A DNA stretch of 64,000 nucleotides from an uncultured Planctomycetota bacterium. Its GTDB lineage: Bacteria > Planctomycetota > PLA2 > JAEUHO01. Shown here in pieces: positions 30,436 through 39,835 of the stretch. Under the pieces are notes generated by a model that saw nothing but the letters and a program-made list of their open reading frames with translations, was not told the origin of the DNA and made no database searches. A program made the translations under genes and the position numbers. The number at the start of each line of letters is the position of its first letter. Positions within the stretch are counted from its first letter, which is position 1. The stretch is from positions 288,001 to 352,000 of the forward strand of contig CAVVXN010000003.1 of the NCBI GenBank assembly GCA_963752285.1. The letters run 5' to 3'.

Positions 30436-31296
30436 ATGCGGCACGTTCTCGGCGCGGCGTGGGTCCTGGGACTCGGCATCCTCCTCGGCGGGGGCGCCCG
30501 GGCGGACGACCCGCCCCCCGTCGCTCCGGGCCAGGAGGGGCTCGTGCGCTCCCGGCGGGACGTGCTCGTGGCCGCGACCGACGACACGACCGTGGAGCAG
30601 GTCGCCGTCGCCGTCGGGGACCGCGTGAAGTTCGGCGACCCGCTCGTGCAGCTCTACCGGTCCGACGCGCTCCTCGGGGCGAGCCTCGCCGAGATCGAGT
30701 CCGCCATCGCGGAGGTGGACGTGGACCTCGCGAAGTCGCGGCGGGACGGGCAGCAGCGGATCGTGGACCTGCGGAAGAAGCAGTACGACCAGGCGCACGT
30801 GGAGGGACCCGCGGGCCGCGCCTCGCCGGCCGAGGTGACCGCGGCCGCCCTGGCGCTCGAGCAGGCCAAGTCCGAGGCGGAGCGCGGGGACGCCGCGTTC
30901 CGTCGGGCCCGTCGCGTCGCCGACCACGCCAAGCTCCAAATGGAGGTCGCCCGACAGCGGCTCGACCGCCGCACGGTCCGCGCGCCGTTCGCCGGGGTCG
31001 TGGCCGAGGTCCTCGTCGCGCAGGGCGACGCCGTCCGCGCGCTCCGGACGCCGCTCGTCCGGCTCGTGGACCCGGACGCGCTGGACATCGAGGTGCCCGT
31101 GCGTGCCGAAGAGGCCTCGGCGTGGCCGCCCGGACGCGCGGTCTTCGTCGAAGGCGCCGACGGGACGGGGCGCGTTCGGTCGGTCGGCCCGGTGGTGGAC
31201 GAGGCGACCCAGCGGGTCACGGTCCTCGTCGAGCTCCCGAGCGGCGCCGCGCTCCGCCCCGGCGCGCGCGTGCTCGTGCACCTCGCGCGCGAGTAG
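30436..31296 (+). CDS. RND/HlyD-type periplasmic adaptor (membrane fusion protein)
   Basis: Signal peptide, V.VGDRVK.GDPLVQL lipoyl half, coiled coil, VRAPFAGVV, PVVDEATQRVTV and LRPG motifs. Confidence 0.82.
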   Translation: MRHVLGAAWVLGLGILLGGGARADDPPPVAPGQEGLVRSRRDVLVAATDDTTVEQVAVAVGDRVKFGDPLVQLYRSDALLGASLAEIESAIAEVDVDLAKSRRDGQQRIVDLRKKQYDQAHVEGPAGRASPAEVTAAALALEQAKSEAERGDAAFRRARRVADHAKLQMEVARQRLDRRTVRAPFAGVVAEVLVAQGDAVRALRTPLVRLVDPDALDIEVPVRAEEASAWPPGRAVFVEGADGTGRVRSVGPVVDEATQRVTVLVELPSGAALRPGARVLVHLARE

Positions 31297-31343
31297 CGCG
31301 GTGGACGGCGCGCGCGAGCCGCACGGCGCGGCCCGTGCGCGGC

Positions 31344-34052
31344 CTAGGCCGGCGCCGCCATCTCGCGGACGAGCTGGGTCAGGGTCTTCGGCGTGAACGG
31401 CTTCGACAGGAACCGGACGCCCGTGGGCACCGGCCCGCCGAACTTCAGGCGCACGTCGGCCTCCAGGTCTCCGCTCACGAGCAGCACGGGGATCGCCGGG
31501 GCGAGCGTGCGGAGGCGCTCCACGAGCGCCGCGCCACGGAGCCCCTCGAGATTCGCGTCGAGCACGACGACGTGCGCGGCGCCCCCCGCGGCCTCGAGCG
31601 ACGTGATCGCCTCCTCGCCGCTCGCGGCCTCGATCACGTTCTGGTCGTCGAACTCGAGCGCCTGCTTCATCATGTCGCGCACGCCCTCCTCGTCGTCCAC
31701 GACGAGGACGGTGGCGGGCGGCCCGGGGCTCGGCGGTTCGGGAGTCATGGGGTCCTCCGTCGGGGATGGCGCGGACGGGAGCAGCACCTGGAACGTGGTC
31801 CCGGCGCCGGGCCGGCTGTCGAGCCGGATGGCGCCGCCGTGGACACGGATGATGCCCAGGACGGCGGCGAGTCCCAACCCGCGCCCGGCCGGCTTCGTGG
31901 TGAAGAACGGGTCGAAGATGCTCTGCTGCGTCTCGCGGTCCATCCCCACGCCGTCGTCCCGGACCTCGAGGACCGCGTACCGGCCCGGTTGGCGCCCCTC
32001 GCCGAGCCACGAGCCGAGGAGCCACGACGCGTCCACGTCGGCGCCGCGGACGCGCACCGTCACGTGGCCGTGGCCGGGCGGGCACGCCTCCGCCGCGTTC
32101 TGTACGAGGTTCAGCACGAGCTGACGGACCTGTCCGGGGTCCGCCTCGATCGACGGCGTCGCCTCGATCTCGAAGCGGAGGCGCGCGTCCCGGGCCACCG
32201 TGGACTCGAGCACGCCGGACATCTCCCGGACGAGCTCCGCGAGGTCGAGACGCCGGATCGCGGTCCGGCCCCGCCCCGCGTACGCCAGGAGCTGTCGGGT
32301 CAGGTCCGCCGCCCAGCGTGCGGCCTGCTCGATCCGCTCGACGATCGGGCGCGCGGGGTGACCCGGCTCGAGACGGGCGAGCGCGAGGCCCGCGTTGCCC
32401 ATCACGCCGGTCAAGAGGTTGTTGAAGTCGTGGGCGACCCCGCCCGCGAGGAGACCGAGGCTCTCCAGCTTCTCCGCCTGCCGCACGCGCTGCTCGAGCC
32501 GCTCTCGCTCGCGCTCGGCGCGGCGGCGTTCGGTCACGTCCACGAACGTCCCGATCAGCGAGAGGAGGCGTCCGGCCGGGTCGCGGATGGGGGCCCCCGA
32601 GACGACCACCTGCCGCGACTCGCCCGTGGCCGCGCGCAGCGTCGCCTCGTAGATGCCGGCCTGTCCCTCGGCGCGCCGCGCCTGCTCGCGCCGGATCGCC
32701 TCGAGGCCGTCGGGCGTGAAGAAGCGGTGAAACGTCGTTCCCGCGAGCGACTGCTCGTCGGGCAGCCCGAGCAGGCCCAGCATGGCCGGGTTCGCGTAGA
32801 TCGTGTAGCCCTCGGGGGTGATCTGCCAGATGCCGACCGCGCTGTGCTCCGCGAGCGCGCGGTACCGGGTCTCGCTCCGGCGGACCGCGCGCTCGGCCGT
32901 GCGCCGCTCCGTCACGTCCCATGCGACGCCGATCACGCCGGTCACGCGACCCCCCGTCTCGGCGATGGGCGCGAACCGCGACTCCCACTCGAGACCGCCC
33001 ACGGTCACGCCGCACTCGACCGTCTCGCCCGCGAGGGCGCGCCGGATCGCGTCGCCGACCTCGGGGACGTCGGCGTACAGCGCGTAGACCGACCGTCCCA
33101 CCACCTCGCCCGGCAGGAGGCCGAGCTTCTCGAGGCCGCGACCCTCCGAGAACGTGAACGCGCCCTCCGCGTCCACCGCGAAGAGCACGACCGGCGCCGC
33201 GCCGATCGTCGCGCGGAGACGCCGCTCGCTCTCCGCGAGCTGGCGCTCCGCCTCCTGTCGCGCGCCGGTGTCCCGGAGCACGACCATGACGCGTCCGTCC
33301 TCGAGGAGCCGCGCGACCATCTCCGCCGTCACCCGGTGCCCGTCGCGGCGCCGGAACACCCGCGTCAGCCGGACGGTGCGTCCCGCGCGGATCTCGTGGA
33401 GCCGGAGCGGGTTCTCGACCAGGTCCTCGGGCGCGATCAGGCTCACCACGTGGCGCTCGATCAGCTCGTTCGCCGGGACGCCGAGGAGGCTCTCCGCGCT
33501 CGGGTTCGCCTCGGTGATGGTGCCGTCCGGTCGCGTGAGGAGGATCGCGTCGGCGGCGTTGTCCACCAGGACCCGGTACCGCTCGACGCTATCGCGGAGC
33601 GCGGCCTCCGCGCGCTTCTGGCGCGTGACGTCGTGCGAGAGGGCCTCGACGGCCCAGGGGCGCCCGTCCCGCTCGAGCCGCACGAGCCGCGCCTCGACCC
33701 ATCGCGTGGTGCCGTCGGCGTGCCGCAGGCGGATCTCGAGCGGCGGGAGGGTCTCGCCCCCGGCGACCCGCAGGAAGAGCTCCTCGAGCCGCGGGACGTC
33801 TTCCGGGAAGAGCGGGCCGAGCTCCCGGATGTGGTGGCCCACGATCGCGTCCCGGGGACGGCCGTGCGCCGCGAGGGACGCGGGGTTCGCGTCCATCACG
33901 CGGCCGTCGAGACTGAGGAGCGCCACGCCGAAGGGGGCGTGGAGGAAGACCTCGCGCGCCCCCGGCGGGCCCGGACCCGGCTCGGGAGGCGGACCGGGAG
34001 GTGCGTCCCTCGCTCCCCCCTCCTCGATCTCTCTCGACGGTCGCTCCGTCAC
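31344..34052 (-). CDS. Hybrid sensor histidine kinase with four PAS domains and a C-terminal receiver
   Basis: PAS repeats, GGVAHDFNNLL (H box), NLVQNAAEA, DDGVGM, IFDPFFTTK..GRGLGLA, and a receiver VLVVDDE...VVLD...KPF. Confidence 0.93.
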   Translation of the reverse strand: MTERPSREIEEGGARDAPPGPPPEPGPGPPGAREVFLHAPFGVALLSLDGRVMDANPASLAAHGRPRDAIVGHHIRELGPLFPEDVPRLEELFLRVAGGETLPPLEIRLRHADGTTRWVEARLVRLERDGRPWAVEALSHDVTRQKRAEAALRDSVERYRVLVDNAADAILLTRPDGTITEANPSAESLLGVPANELIERHVVSLIAPEDLVENPLRLHEIRAGRTVRLTRVFRRRDGHRVTAEMVARLLEDGRVMVVLRDTGARQEAERQLAESERRLRATIGAAPVVLFAVDAEGAFTFSEGRGLEKLGLLPGEVVGRSVYALYADVPEVGDAIRRALAGETVECGVTVGGLEWESRFAPIAETGGRVTGVIGVAWDVTERRTAERAVRRSETRYRALAEHSAVGIWQITPEGYTIYANPAMLGLLGLPDEQSLAGTTFHRFFTPDGLEAIRREQARRAEGQAGIYEATLRAATGESRQVVVSGAPIRDPAGRLLSLIGTFVDVTERRRAERERERLEQRVRQAEKLESLGLLAGGVAHDFNNLLTGVMGNAGLALARLEPGHPARPIVERIEQAARWAADLTRQLLAYAGRGRTAIRRLDLAELVREMSGVLESTVARDARLRFEIEATPSIEADPGQVRQLVLNLVQNAAEACPPGHGHVTVRVRGADVDASWLLGSWLGEGRQPGRYAVLEVRDDGVGMDRETQQSIFDPFFTTKPAGRGLGLAAVLGIIRVHGGAIRLDSRPGAGTTFQVLLPSAPSPTEDPMTPEPPSPGPPATVLVVDDEEGVRDMMKQALEFDDQNVIEAASGEEAITSLEAAGGAAHVVVLDANLEGLRGAALVERLRTLAPAIPVLLVSGDLEADVRLKFGGPVPTGVRFLSKPFTPKTLTQLVREMAAPA

Positions 34053-34151
34053 GCGATCTCCCGGGCGCCCACCGTACGGGGCCCGGGGGGCGCGGGGAGG
34101 AGTGATACGCGCCGAGGGGGGCCCCCCGCAACGGCGCGGCCATCGTCCCCG

Positions 34152-34199
34152 TAGAATCCCGCCGAGAGACCCCGGAGAAACGGCCCGGGGGGGAAGGAG
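34152..34199 (+). promoter_or_regulatory. Putative -10 element (TAGAAT, 34152-34157) and SD (AAGGAG, 34194-34199) for the large secreted protein
   Basis: Rare AT-rich hexamer in a GC-rich intergenic region, with an SD 5 nt upstream of an in-frame CTG. Confidence 0.45.
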
Positions 34200-34204
34200 A
34201 GGCC

Positions 34205-37200
34205 CTGCGACCGGCATGGCTCGCGTCGCTCGTGGTCCTCGTGGTGTGCACGGGGGCGCTCCCCCGGCCGACCGCGGCGGGCGAGGACCCGGCGGCCGGG
34301 AGCGAGGCCCGCCGCGCGGGTCAGAAGGCCCTGGAGGCGGGCGACGCGAAGGCCGCCGAGCGTCACTTCCGCCGCGCGCTCCGCGAACACCCGCGATCGC
34401 TCCTCCTGCTGGGCGACCTGCTCCGCGCGACGAAGGACGACCCGGACGTCCGGACCTTCTGGGCGCACCAGTACGTCGCCGCGGCGTCCGACAAGAACGG
34501 CTCGGCCCACCCCCGGCGGGAGGACGCCGCGCTCCTCCCGGCGAAGGACCCCGAGCTCGACCTCGTCCGGCGGGCGCGCGCGCGGGCCGCGGAGGACCTC
34601 GCGCGGGCCGTCGCCTCGACGCGCGGACCGGGCGCGTCGTTCCTGGTTCGCTCGCTCCACCGCGTGTTCCGCCGCGTCGCCGACGCGTCGCCCGCGCTCG
34701 AAGAAGCGTACGCGCCGGCCTTCGAGAAGGCCGAGGTGGGGGCGGTCCCGACGGTGGACCGCGCGCTCGCCGATCTCGTGGCGCACGCACGTCGCGTGCG
34801 CGTGACGCTCGAGGACGCGGGCGACGCCCTCGCGCTCGGTCGCGCGTGCCTCGGCCTCGCGGACCAGGCTGAGCAGGACGTGCCCGACCGGCCGGCGCAC
34901 GCCGTCCCCGGCCTGGCGGAGACGGGGCGTCGCCTCGAGGCCGACGCGGAGGCCGCCCTGGCCGCGCGCCAGATGGAGCCCCTCGCCGCCTCGGCGCTCG
35001 ACGCGATGGGCCCCGACGAGGTACGACGCTTCAACGAGGCGCACACCGACGTCGCGACGCCGGGCCGCGCGCTCTCGCCCCACGGTCGCTACCGGATCAC
35101 GACGCCGTGCGGGCACGGGACCCTCGCGGCCGCGGCGCGCCTCGTGGAGCCCGTGCACGCCCGCCTCGTCCGCTGGTTCGGGGAGGACCCGTTCGCGTCG
35201 GAGCGGGGCGAGATCCGGATCTTCCCCGAGTTCTCGGACCTCGAGGCCGAGGCCGCGCCCTGGTGGTGGGCCGACGGCTTCCAGGGCGGGCGGACGACCA
35301 CGGTCCGCTTCGCGCTGGGCAGCATCTGGGACCTGGCGCCCCTGCTCACGCACGAGTTGACGCACCGCTTCGACGCGGCGGTCCACCCGGCGATGCCGGC
35401 GTGGCTCCGCGAGGGCCGCGCGGTGTTCACCGCGGTCGCGTGGCAGGGGATCGACGATCCCGCGTTCGTCGCGCGGGCCGCTGACGTCGAGCGCATTCGG
35501 AACGCCTGGCACACGTGGTACGGGACGCCGGAGGGCCTCGCGAACCTGCTCCGAGACGGTGCGAAGGAGTACCGCGACTACTACTCCGCGGGGCACGCGC
35601 TCTGGGTCTACCTGCTCGTCGGGCCGAATCCCGAGGAGGACCCGCTCTTCACGGATCGTGTCGGCCCCTGGCTCGCGGGGATGACGCGTCCCGACAAGGA
35701 CCCGGTCGGCACCTTCACGGCGGCCTTCTGTGACGGCCGGGAGGGTCGTCCCTCGAGCCTCGACGCGTTCGCGTCCGGGTTCATGCGCTTCCTCCTGGCG
35801 TTCCGGGGATCCTCGCCGCCGTCGTGGGTCTCGGCCCTCGACGTCGTGCGCCCGCACACGGACGCGAGCCGGATCTACGACGCGCCCACGGTGTCGCGCT
35901 CGCGCCGTCGCGAGCGACCGTCGTTCGGGCAGGACCAGCTCCTCGCGGCCGCGCGGTCGTTCGCCGCACTCGGCGACCCGGAGGTCGCCGTGACCCTCCT
36001 CGAGTGGGCCGTCGCGTACGACGAGCCGGACGCCGGCGACGCGCGTCTCGCCGAGCGGCTCCTCTCGACGCTCGGCGCCGCCGACGCCGCCCGCGCCGCG
36101 CACGTGGAGGCCGTCCGCCGCGGCCCGCGCGAGGGCGAGGTCCCCTCGCGGCCCCTCGCGGCGCCGCGTTCGGTCTCGGCGTACGTGGACGCGCTCGCGA
36201 ACGCCGCGTCCGACTACGCCCGGCGGGGTCTCGTGGAGACCGCCTGTTGGTTCCAGGACGAGCAACAGGTGCTCGCGCGTCTCGTCGGGACGGAGCCGCT
36301 CTCGCTTCCGGGGCTCGCCTTCCCCGCGGAGCCCCGCGTGCCCTTCACGGGGGCGGGGGAGGCCCTCGCGTCGTCCGGGTGGATCCCGGACGAGCTCACC
36401 TGGAACGACGGTCCCCGCGATCCCGACCAGTGGCTGATCACGCCCGAGGGCCACCTCGTGCTCGGGACCAAGAAGCTCGAGACGCTGGAGACCGAGCACC
36501 GCGAGGAGTTCCGGTCGGTGTTCGTCCGGAGCCCGCAGCGGTTCGAGGCCGGCTACTGGCTCGCGGTCCGGATCCGCCTGCTGACGCCGTACGTGCGCGC
36601 CGCGGTCGTGCTCGCCGACGCCCGTCGCGACCGGAACGTGTGCGTGGAGGTGGGGGCCGGGGACACGCCCGATCCCGACCGCGGGCCCCAGGCGGTGACG
36701 AACCACGCGCAGGTCTTCCTGGGCGTGGACGGCCTCCGGCCGTTCGACGAGTGGGCGCCCCCGGTCGGGGGGGGCGTCGTCGATCTCTCCGACGAGGACG
36801 CCGCGAACACCGTGGACCTCGGTGTCTTCGTGGACGGGTGTCGGCTCGACGTGTACGTGAAGCGGAAGTGGGTAGGCCGGTACGTGGACCCGCGCGGCCT
36901 CCCGCTCGACGGCGCGATCGGCTTCGCGACGAGGGGTGGCGCCATCCGGGTCGAGTCGCCCGTGGTGTTCCTGCTCCGGCGTCGCGACGTGTACCTCCGA
37001 CCGCTCGAGTCGGGGCTCGACCTCGCCCGCGCGACCCGCCCGGCGGGCGGGTGGGCCTACGAGCACTTCCTCTCGGGCTTCCCGACGTCGCCGAACGGTC
37101 TCTTCGCGCTCTGGTTCCCGCCGGCGCCGCACGGCGCCGAGGTCCGTCCGGACGACGTCTCGGACGAGGCCGGGCGCGTGGTGGACCCGCTCCTCCGCGC

Positions 37201-37564
37201 GCTGGACGGCCTCCACGACGGCGCGCGGGTCGTCGTCGCGCTGCCGGCGGGCTGGCCCGCGCCCGTCGAAGCCGCGGTCCGGGCGCGGGTGAAGGCGCTG
37301 CCCGACGGCCGTGTCGAGGTCGTGCGGCACGCCGAGGCGCCCGCGCCGGCGCCGCCGGCGCCGCCGGCGCCCTCGGGAGAGACGCCGGTGTCGCCGGGAA
37401 CGCCGGGAACGCCGGTGGCGCCCACGAAGACGCCGCCGAAGCGGCCGAGCGCGCGCCTCTTCTTCGCGGACGCGTGCGGCATCGTCCGCGGCTACGCGGA
37501 GTCCGACCTCGAGGACGCGCTCCGCACGTGGTCCGTCTGGCTCCGGCTCACCCGGGGCTTCTGA
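34205..37564 (+). CDS. Large secreted multidomain protein with TPR-like N-terminus and HExxH gluzincin-like domain
   Basis: Signal peptide, LTHELTH...PAWLREGRA motif and a beta-rich C-terminal region. The start is likely CTG 34205 (ORF track uses GTG 34232). Confidence 0.75.
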   Translation: MRPAWLASLVVLVVCTGALPRPTAAGEDPAAGSEARRAGQKALEAGDAKAAERHFRRALREHPRSLLLLGDLLRATKDDPDVRTFWAHQYVAAASDKNGSAHPRREDAALLPAKDPELDLVRRARARAAEDLARAVASTRGPGASFLVRSLHRVFRRVADASPALEEAYAPAFEKAEVGAVPTVDRALADLVAHARRVRVTLEDAGDALALGRACLGLADQAEQDVPDRPAHAVPGLAETGRRLEADAEAALAARQMEPLAASALDAMGPDEVRRFNEAHTDVATPGRALSPHGRYRITTPCGHGTLAAAARLVEPVHARLVRWFGEDPFASERGEIRIFPEFSDLEAEAAPWWWADGFQGGRTTTVRFALGSIWDLAPLLTHELTHRFDAAVHPAMPAWLREGRAVFTAVAWQGIDDPAFVARAADVERIRNAWHTWYGTPEGLANLLRDGAKEYRDYYSAGHALWVYLLVGPNPEEDPLFTDRVGPWLAGMTRPDKDPVGTFTAAFCDGREGRPSSLDAFASGFMRFLLAFRGSSPPSWVSALDVVRPHTDASRIYDAPTVSRSRRRERPSFGQDQLLAAARSFAALGDPEVAVTLLEWAVAYDEPDAGDARLAERLLSTLGAADAARAAHVEAVRRGPREGEVPSRPLAAPRSVSAYVDALANAASDYARRGLVETACWFQDEQQVLARLVGTEPLSLPGLAFPAEPRVPFTGAGEALASSGWIPDELTWNDGPRDPDQWLITPEGHLVLGTKKLETLETEHREEFRSVFVRSPQRFEAGYWLAVRIRLLTPYVRAAVVLADARRDRNVCVEVGAGDTPDPDRGPQAVTNHAQVFLGVDGLRPFDEWAPPVGGGVVDLSDEDAANTVDLGVFVDGCRLDVYVKRKWVGRYVDPRGLPLDGAIGFATRGGAIRVESPVVFLLRRRDVYLRPLESGLDLARATRPAGGWAYEHFLSGFPTSPNGLFALWFPPAPHGAEVRPDDVSDEAGRVVDPLLRALDGLHDGARVVVALPAGWPAPVEAAVRARVKALPDGRVEVVRHAEAPAPAPPAPPAPSGETPVSPGTPGTPVAPTKTPPKRPSARLFFADACGIVRGYAESDLEDALRTWSVWLRLTRGF

Positions 37565-37608
37565 GGGCGCGCACGCGCGCCTCGATCTCGCGCGATAGAC
37601 TCCGGATC

Positions 37609-38937
37609 GTGTGGCGGCGCGCGATCCCGTTCGGTCTCCTCCTCGCGTTCACGGCGGCGGCGGGTGCGGGACCCGCGCGGTGGGACCGGAAGGCGGTCGA
37701 GCGCATCGCCGACCGCTGGTTCGAGGCCCGTCCGAAGACGCGCTTCGAGACGTGGGACGGGACGAAGCGCCGCGCGCTCCTGGCCGAGGCGGAGGCGTTC
37801 GGCCCCCTGCCCGAGGGCGCGCTCGACGACGTGCGGGACGTCTGCTTCAAGGCCGCGCGGAGGCAATGGCCCCGCGCGCCGAAGCACGAGATCGAGACGC
37901 CGTACGGCACGGCGGCGTGGGACGAGTCGGGACGGGGGGGGCCTCGCTCGGGCCTGATCCTCGGCCTCCACGGCGGCGGCGAGGGCCAGGGCGACAAGGG
38001 CGAGGCGAAGGGCACCTGGACGATGAAGGGCTGCCTCGGCGTGTACCCGCAGGGCATCCGCCTCGTGGACGACACGTGGAACACCGTCCAGGGCGAGGCC
38101 TTCTGCCTCACGCTCGTGGAGCGGGCGAAGGTCGTGGACGAGATCGACCCGGACCGGGTGTACGTGGCGGGCTTCTCCATGGGCGGGACGGGCTCCATGT
38201 ACCTCGCGTGCCGCCATCCCGACCTCTTCGCCGGCGCGATCCCGGCGCACGGCGTGATCATGGCGTCGCCGAAGATCAAGGTGAAGCGCGCCGAGGAGGT
38301 CGGGCAGATCCAGTACGGCCTCCTGCCCAACCTGAGGAATCTCGCCGTCTACTTCTACACGGGCAGCGACGACGACCACTGCGAGCCGGGCACGTTCCTC
38401 TACGCGTGGAACGCGATCCAGGGCTACCGGAAGGACGATCCCGAGGGCTACGGCGAGATTCGCTTCCAGGAGTTCCCGGGCGTCCGGCACACGTACCCGC
38501 CCGGCGAGCCGCACGCGGGGATCGAGTGGATCTCGAAGCAGCGTCGGAACCCTCTCCCCGAGAAGCTCGTGTGGGAGTACGCCACCGACCCGTTTCCGCT
38601 GCCGGACGCGGAGGACCCGATCGCGCGCCCGCAGAAGCAGTGGTTCTACTGGCTCCGCTCGGTGCGGCCCGCGGACGCCACGTTCGTGACCGCAAGGCGC
38701 GCGGGGAACGAGATCGACGTGGACGTGTCGAGCGGCGCGCCCGAGGACTTCGTGGTGTACCTGAACCCGAAGATGATCGACGTCGAGAAGGACGTGGTCG
38801 TGCGCGCGAACGGGAAGGAGGTGTACCGGGGGAGGCCCGTTCCCGACCTCGCGACCGTCCTCGAGAGCCTCGACGCGAAGCTCGACCGCTCGCTCGTGTT
38901 CGACCGGAAGGTCCCGCTCGGAGAACCGCTCAGGTGA
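37609..38937 (+). CDS. Secreted alpha/beta-hydrolase (esterase/peptidase-like)
   Basis: Signal peptide, GLHGGG, IDPDRVYVAGFSMGG, HPDLFAG, YTGSDD and GVRH motifs. Confidence 0.82.
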   Translation: MWRRAIPFGLLLAFTAAAGAGPARWDRKAVERIADRWFEARPKTRFETWDGTKRRALLAEAEAFGPLPEGALDDVRDVCFKAARRQWPRAPKHEIETPYGTAAWDESGRGGPRSGLILGLHGGGEGQGDKGEAKGTWTMKGCLGVYPQGIRLVDDTWNTVQGEAFCLTLVERAKVVDEIDPDRVYVAGFSMGGTGSMYLACRHPDLFAGAIPAHGVIMASPKIKVKRAEEVGQIQYGLLPNLRNLAVYFYTGSDDDHCEPGTFLYAWNAIQGYRKDDPEGYGEIRFQEFPGVRHTYPPGEPHAGIEWISKQRRNPLPEKLVWEYATDPFPLPDAEDPIARPQKQWFYWLRSVRPADATFVTARRAGNEIDVDVSSGAPEDFVVYLNPKMIDVEKDVVVRANGKEVYRGRPVPDLATVLESLDAKLDRSLVFDRKVPLGEPLR

Positions 38938-39835
38938 GGCCGGGCCACGACGCGCCGAGCGCGGCGAACCGCTCGCGATACCGGCGGACCTGCTCGGCGG
39001 GGAGCGGGCCCCTCGCCACGTCGTCCGCCAACCCGAGGACGTGCCCGAGGTCCCCGCTCCCCACGAGCGCCGCGCTGACGCCCGGCTGGTGCGCCGCGAA
39101 GCGGATCGCCACCTCGAGCCAGGGGCGGCCGCCCGCGTCCACGGACTCGAAACCCAAGGTCCGCCAGCGTTCGTAGTACGGCGCGGCGTACGCGTCGTCC
39201 GGGGCCGAGGTGCGCCCGACGACCGCGTTCGCGATCGAGCGCTTCAGGAGGACGCCGAGGCCGCGCTCCGCCGCCCGTCGGATGGTGTCGGTGTTCGCCT
39301 GGTCGAGCAGGCTGAACGACGTCTCCACCGCGTCGAGATCGTCGCGCTCGACCGCGTGCCGGAGCGCGGCGTTGTCGCCCGAGTAGCCGACGAATCTCGC
39401 CTTTCCCGCGCGCTTCGCCGCGAGGAGGGCCTCGAGGACCTCGCCCCGCCTGAGCGTCTCGAGGTCGCACGAGTGGAGGAGGAGGAGGTCCACGCGGTCG
39501 GTCCGGAGGCGGCGGAGCGACCGCTCCACGCTCGCGAGGATCTCGGGAGCCGACCACTGGGGCCGCCAGCCCTCCCCCTGCCCCGCCTTCGTGACGAGGA
39601 ACACGCGGTCGCGTCGGGCCGGGAGCCACCGCCCGATCGCCTCCTCGGCCCGGCCGTACGCGGCGGCGGTGTCGAGGAGGTCGATGCCGCGGCCGAGCAG
39701 CCCGTCGAGCAGGCGGTGCGCGTCCGCCTCCGCGTATCCGGGCCGGCCGATCGGGACGGAGCCGTAGCCGAGGGCCGGGACCTCGGCGCCCGTGTTGCCG
39801 AACGGACGGCGCGGCAGGGGGGCGGGATCAGTCAC
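38930..39835 (-). CDS. Aldo/keto reductase
   Basis: LDTAAAYG.AEE.IG, LVTKAG, SVERSLRRLRTDRVDLLLLH and GKARFVG.S motifs. Confidence 0.92.
   Translation of the reverse strand: MTDPAPLPRRPFGNTGAEVPALGYGSVPIGRPGYAEADAHRLLDGLLGRGIDLLDTAAAYGRAEEAIGRWLPARRDRVFLVTKAGQGEGWRPQWSAPEILASVERSLRRLRTDRVDLLLLHSCDLETLRRGEVLEALLAAKRAGKARFVGYSGDNAALRHAVERDDLDAVETSFSLLDQANTDTIRRAAERGLGVLLKRSIANAVVGRTSAPDDAYAAPYYERWRTLGFESVDAGGRPWLEVAIRFAAHQPGVSAALVGSGDLGHVLGLADDVARGPLPAEQVRRYRERFAALGASWPGLT

Noticed and set aside
37339..37420. 9-bp repeats GCCGGCGCC / CGCCGGGAA
   Set aside because: These are in-frame Pro-rich linker codons within a CDS, not an independent element.
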